DNA of 63,926 nt, counting the filler, from Choristocarpus tenellus KU-1152 (taxonomy: Eukaryota > Protista > Phaeophyceae), in the NCBI GenBank assembly GCA_964200185.2. It is 9 parts of 9 records of this genome, joined end to end, with 100 filler letters (N's around TTAATTAATTAA, not from the genome) between each part and the next. Parts side by side here need not be neighbours in the genome. Positions count along the whole stretch, not along the records: positions 61,396 to 63,926 come from CAXNAD020027009.1; 8 more parts are not named here. One strand, given 5' to 3'. Position numbers and translations under genes: made by a program. Below are positions 61,805 to 63,926 of the stretch, piece after piece (position 1 is the first letter of the stretch; each line of letters begins with the position of its first letter). The notes beneath the pieces were generated by a model, which saw only the letters and a program-made list of their open reading frames with translations, did no database searches and was not told where the DNA came from.

Positions 61805-63926
61805 GAAGGTTTCACACTCACTCTCTCCCTTCCATCCTCAGGCAGCACTCCACATTGGTATCCATAATTCCTCTGCTACACATTTGAACAGGATTGCAGC
61901 CAACAACACCTAACCCCAACCCTAACCCAAGTCACATCTACACATAAAAGAGTAGATCCCGACCGCCTCTTCAAGAACCAGAAGTGTTGTATTGGTCGGT
62001 CCTCAAACACAAAATATGGATACAGAAGAGCCATGCCAGCCATGCAGGGGACATAGATAGGGTTAGGGCTTACTAAGCAATACAGTATGACCATGAAAGA
62101 AACTGTTGACAGTATGTTGGGTGATACCTTACACCTTCAGGGATGTACCCTATATTGTCATCTGGACCCATCAACCACCCCAAATTGGGCAAAGATTAAA
62201 TTATCTCCGATATATTGTGAAAACAGTGACTCAACACAATGTGGAATAACTATTACAGGCGAATAGCAGGAGTTTTTCTTCCCACGCTTAAACCGGCGCG
62301 AGAAGTATACGCGCGCGGGGAACCTCAAAAGGGGGAACTCCGATTTGCTAAAACGTTGCAGAATAAAGTCTGTAACTCGGGTAGTTGCAAAGGATCCCAG
62401 AAGGAAAGGTCGCAAAGNNNNNNNNNNTCAAATATATTCCAATGTTTGTAAACCAAAGAAGCCCCAACGGTAAATGATGATAAGAGATCCAAAAAACGGC
62501 TCCAAACAGCTCAGTTCTTCTGACCTAGAGAAGCCCTACTTACGCAGTTCTCTCTTAACAGATACTATTTATACACACTATTCTTGTGCTACTTGATTCA
62601 CCTGAGAGTACTACTGTTCTGCTGAGCTGATGTGCGTTAGTCTGTGAATTGGATTTGACTCGTACATCTTGTGGAGGTGAGCATCGAGGGGCGCCTGTAA
62701 CATAACACTAGCCCTACAAATAGTTAATCCCATTAGCATTACCAATAATGAAACCCTATCCCCGATTTGTTAGAATGATAATGCATGGTGTTCTGCTTGT
62801 GTGGAAGTGTGAAGTGTTCCTGGGTGTCAATGTACAGAGCAATGGCCAACAAGCATATCTTGGTTGAGACTGGGAAGCCAATCCATAGTAGCACTACTCC
62901 ACCAGTCATTATTGCTGAGAAAGAAGATTCTTCCACAAGGTCACTCCCACTCTCACCGTCATCTCAAAACTCACCAGTTCCTACTTCCAATATTACATTC
63001 AAGTGGAACTAGCAACAGAATGATAAAGTGGTCCACATTTTGTTCCTGTAGCAATTTCACAGTCACCACCGTAAGATACACGCATATCAAGACCAAGTGC
63101 CTTCCTCATGCTCTCGTCTCTCAGCATCTCTAATTGGATAACATTTCTAACTTCAAGGACACAACAAAAAATATATTTAAAAATGAAAACATGGGAAAGT
63201 GGACATCTACTAAATCTGTAGTAACACTTACATCCCCACTGATGGTTCCTAATACAAAATATGCAAAGATATGCAAAAATGCGCAAGATCAACATTCTTC
63301 AAAGCAACAACAAAAAGTCACAATGTAGTGTTGGTAGAAATATATATTAGTAGACGTGTTAATACCACTTAGATCTACAACTCAGTATATTCTTCATCCA
63401 ACTTGGAAAGAAATGATAACAAACCTAACCCTTACCATAGCCACCCTATCTTCACATCATTAATACAAGGAGCACAAGCAAGCACAATTGCTCTCTTAAC
63501 GCCCCCCCCCCAATCTTATAAAAACCCTTACCTTGTTTTTTACACCTCTCAGCACCATTGCCACTCTTTTTACAACCACAGAATCCCTAGCCCAACTAAA
63601 CAACTGTCTAATCTAACCCTGACCCTAACCCTATCCCTGAGCAGGCAGGAACAGTACCAAAAGACTGAGAAAGATATATATATATATATATATATATGCA
63701 TAAACACACAAATATATGTATGTATGCGAGGAGTCCCAACCTGTCTCTCAACGGTTGAAGAAAAAGTATGCTTGTTGTGGGCAAAGTGACTGTAGTCAGG
63801 CAAAAACATGCAACATACTGACCACAGTAAACTGGGTACCAAGGTGCAGTTGGTTAGAGAGGAAGGCAGTCCTATTCGTATGGTAGAGGACTAACAGCAA
63901 GTGGGCGACACAGGTGTATATGTGTG

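Noticed and set aside
62999-63800. Possible minus-strand exons (HFAHNKHTFSSTVERQ; EMLRDESMRKALGLD...)
   Set aside because: Splice phases could not be reconciled and no family was recognised; not supportable as a feature

Overview
Eukaryotic nuclear DNA, most likely a brown alga or close stramenopile relative (inferred from gene families and exon/intron style). The window is not contiguous. It is nine contigs joined by artificial N...TTAATTAATTAA...N linkers, so adjacency across gaps means nothing. Host genes appear as short GT-AG exons in long repeat-filled introns: the 3' part of a DOT1-like methyltransferase, the last exon of a CEP120-like centriolar protein, the first five exons of a PAA1/CtaA-type Cu-transporting P1B ATPase, the first four exons of alanyl-tRNA synthetase, the 3' part of a brown-algal Cys-rich/multi-TM 'adhesin/PMP-like' protein, and a few unassigned exons. 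The dominant structure is a dense burst of two related MITE families. Family A is ~258 bp (17 copies or fragments) and family B is ~180 bp (7 copies or fragments); together they cover about 4 kb (~6%) of the window. Both have G-started TIRs with an AAAGTATCT core, a shared subterminal GTCCATTTGGGG box and variable 4-bp target-site duplications, which is Sola-like behaviour. A decayed, intron-containing Sola-like transposase gene (DNCxxENKN...VGHTHxxIDQMFS) in the window is the candidate mobilising partner. Also present: a Copia element nested in a Ty3/gypsy element, solo-LTR remnants, an RLE-type non-LTR fragment, two foldback elements, an unclassified repeated ORF, and a fragment resembling a bacterial YcaD-type MFS transporter in the AlaRS intron (candidate horizontal transfer). 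All homology calls come from motif recognition by eye, not from database searches.
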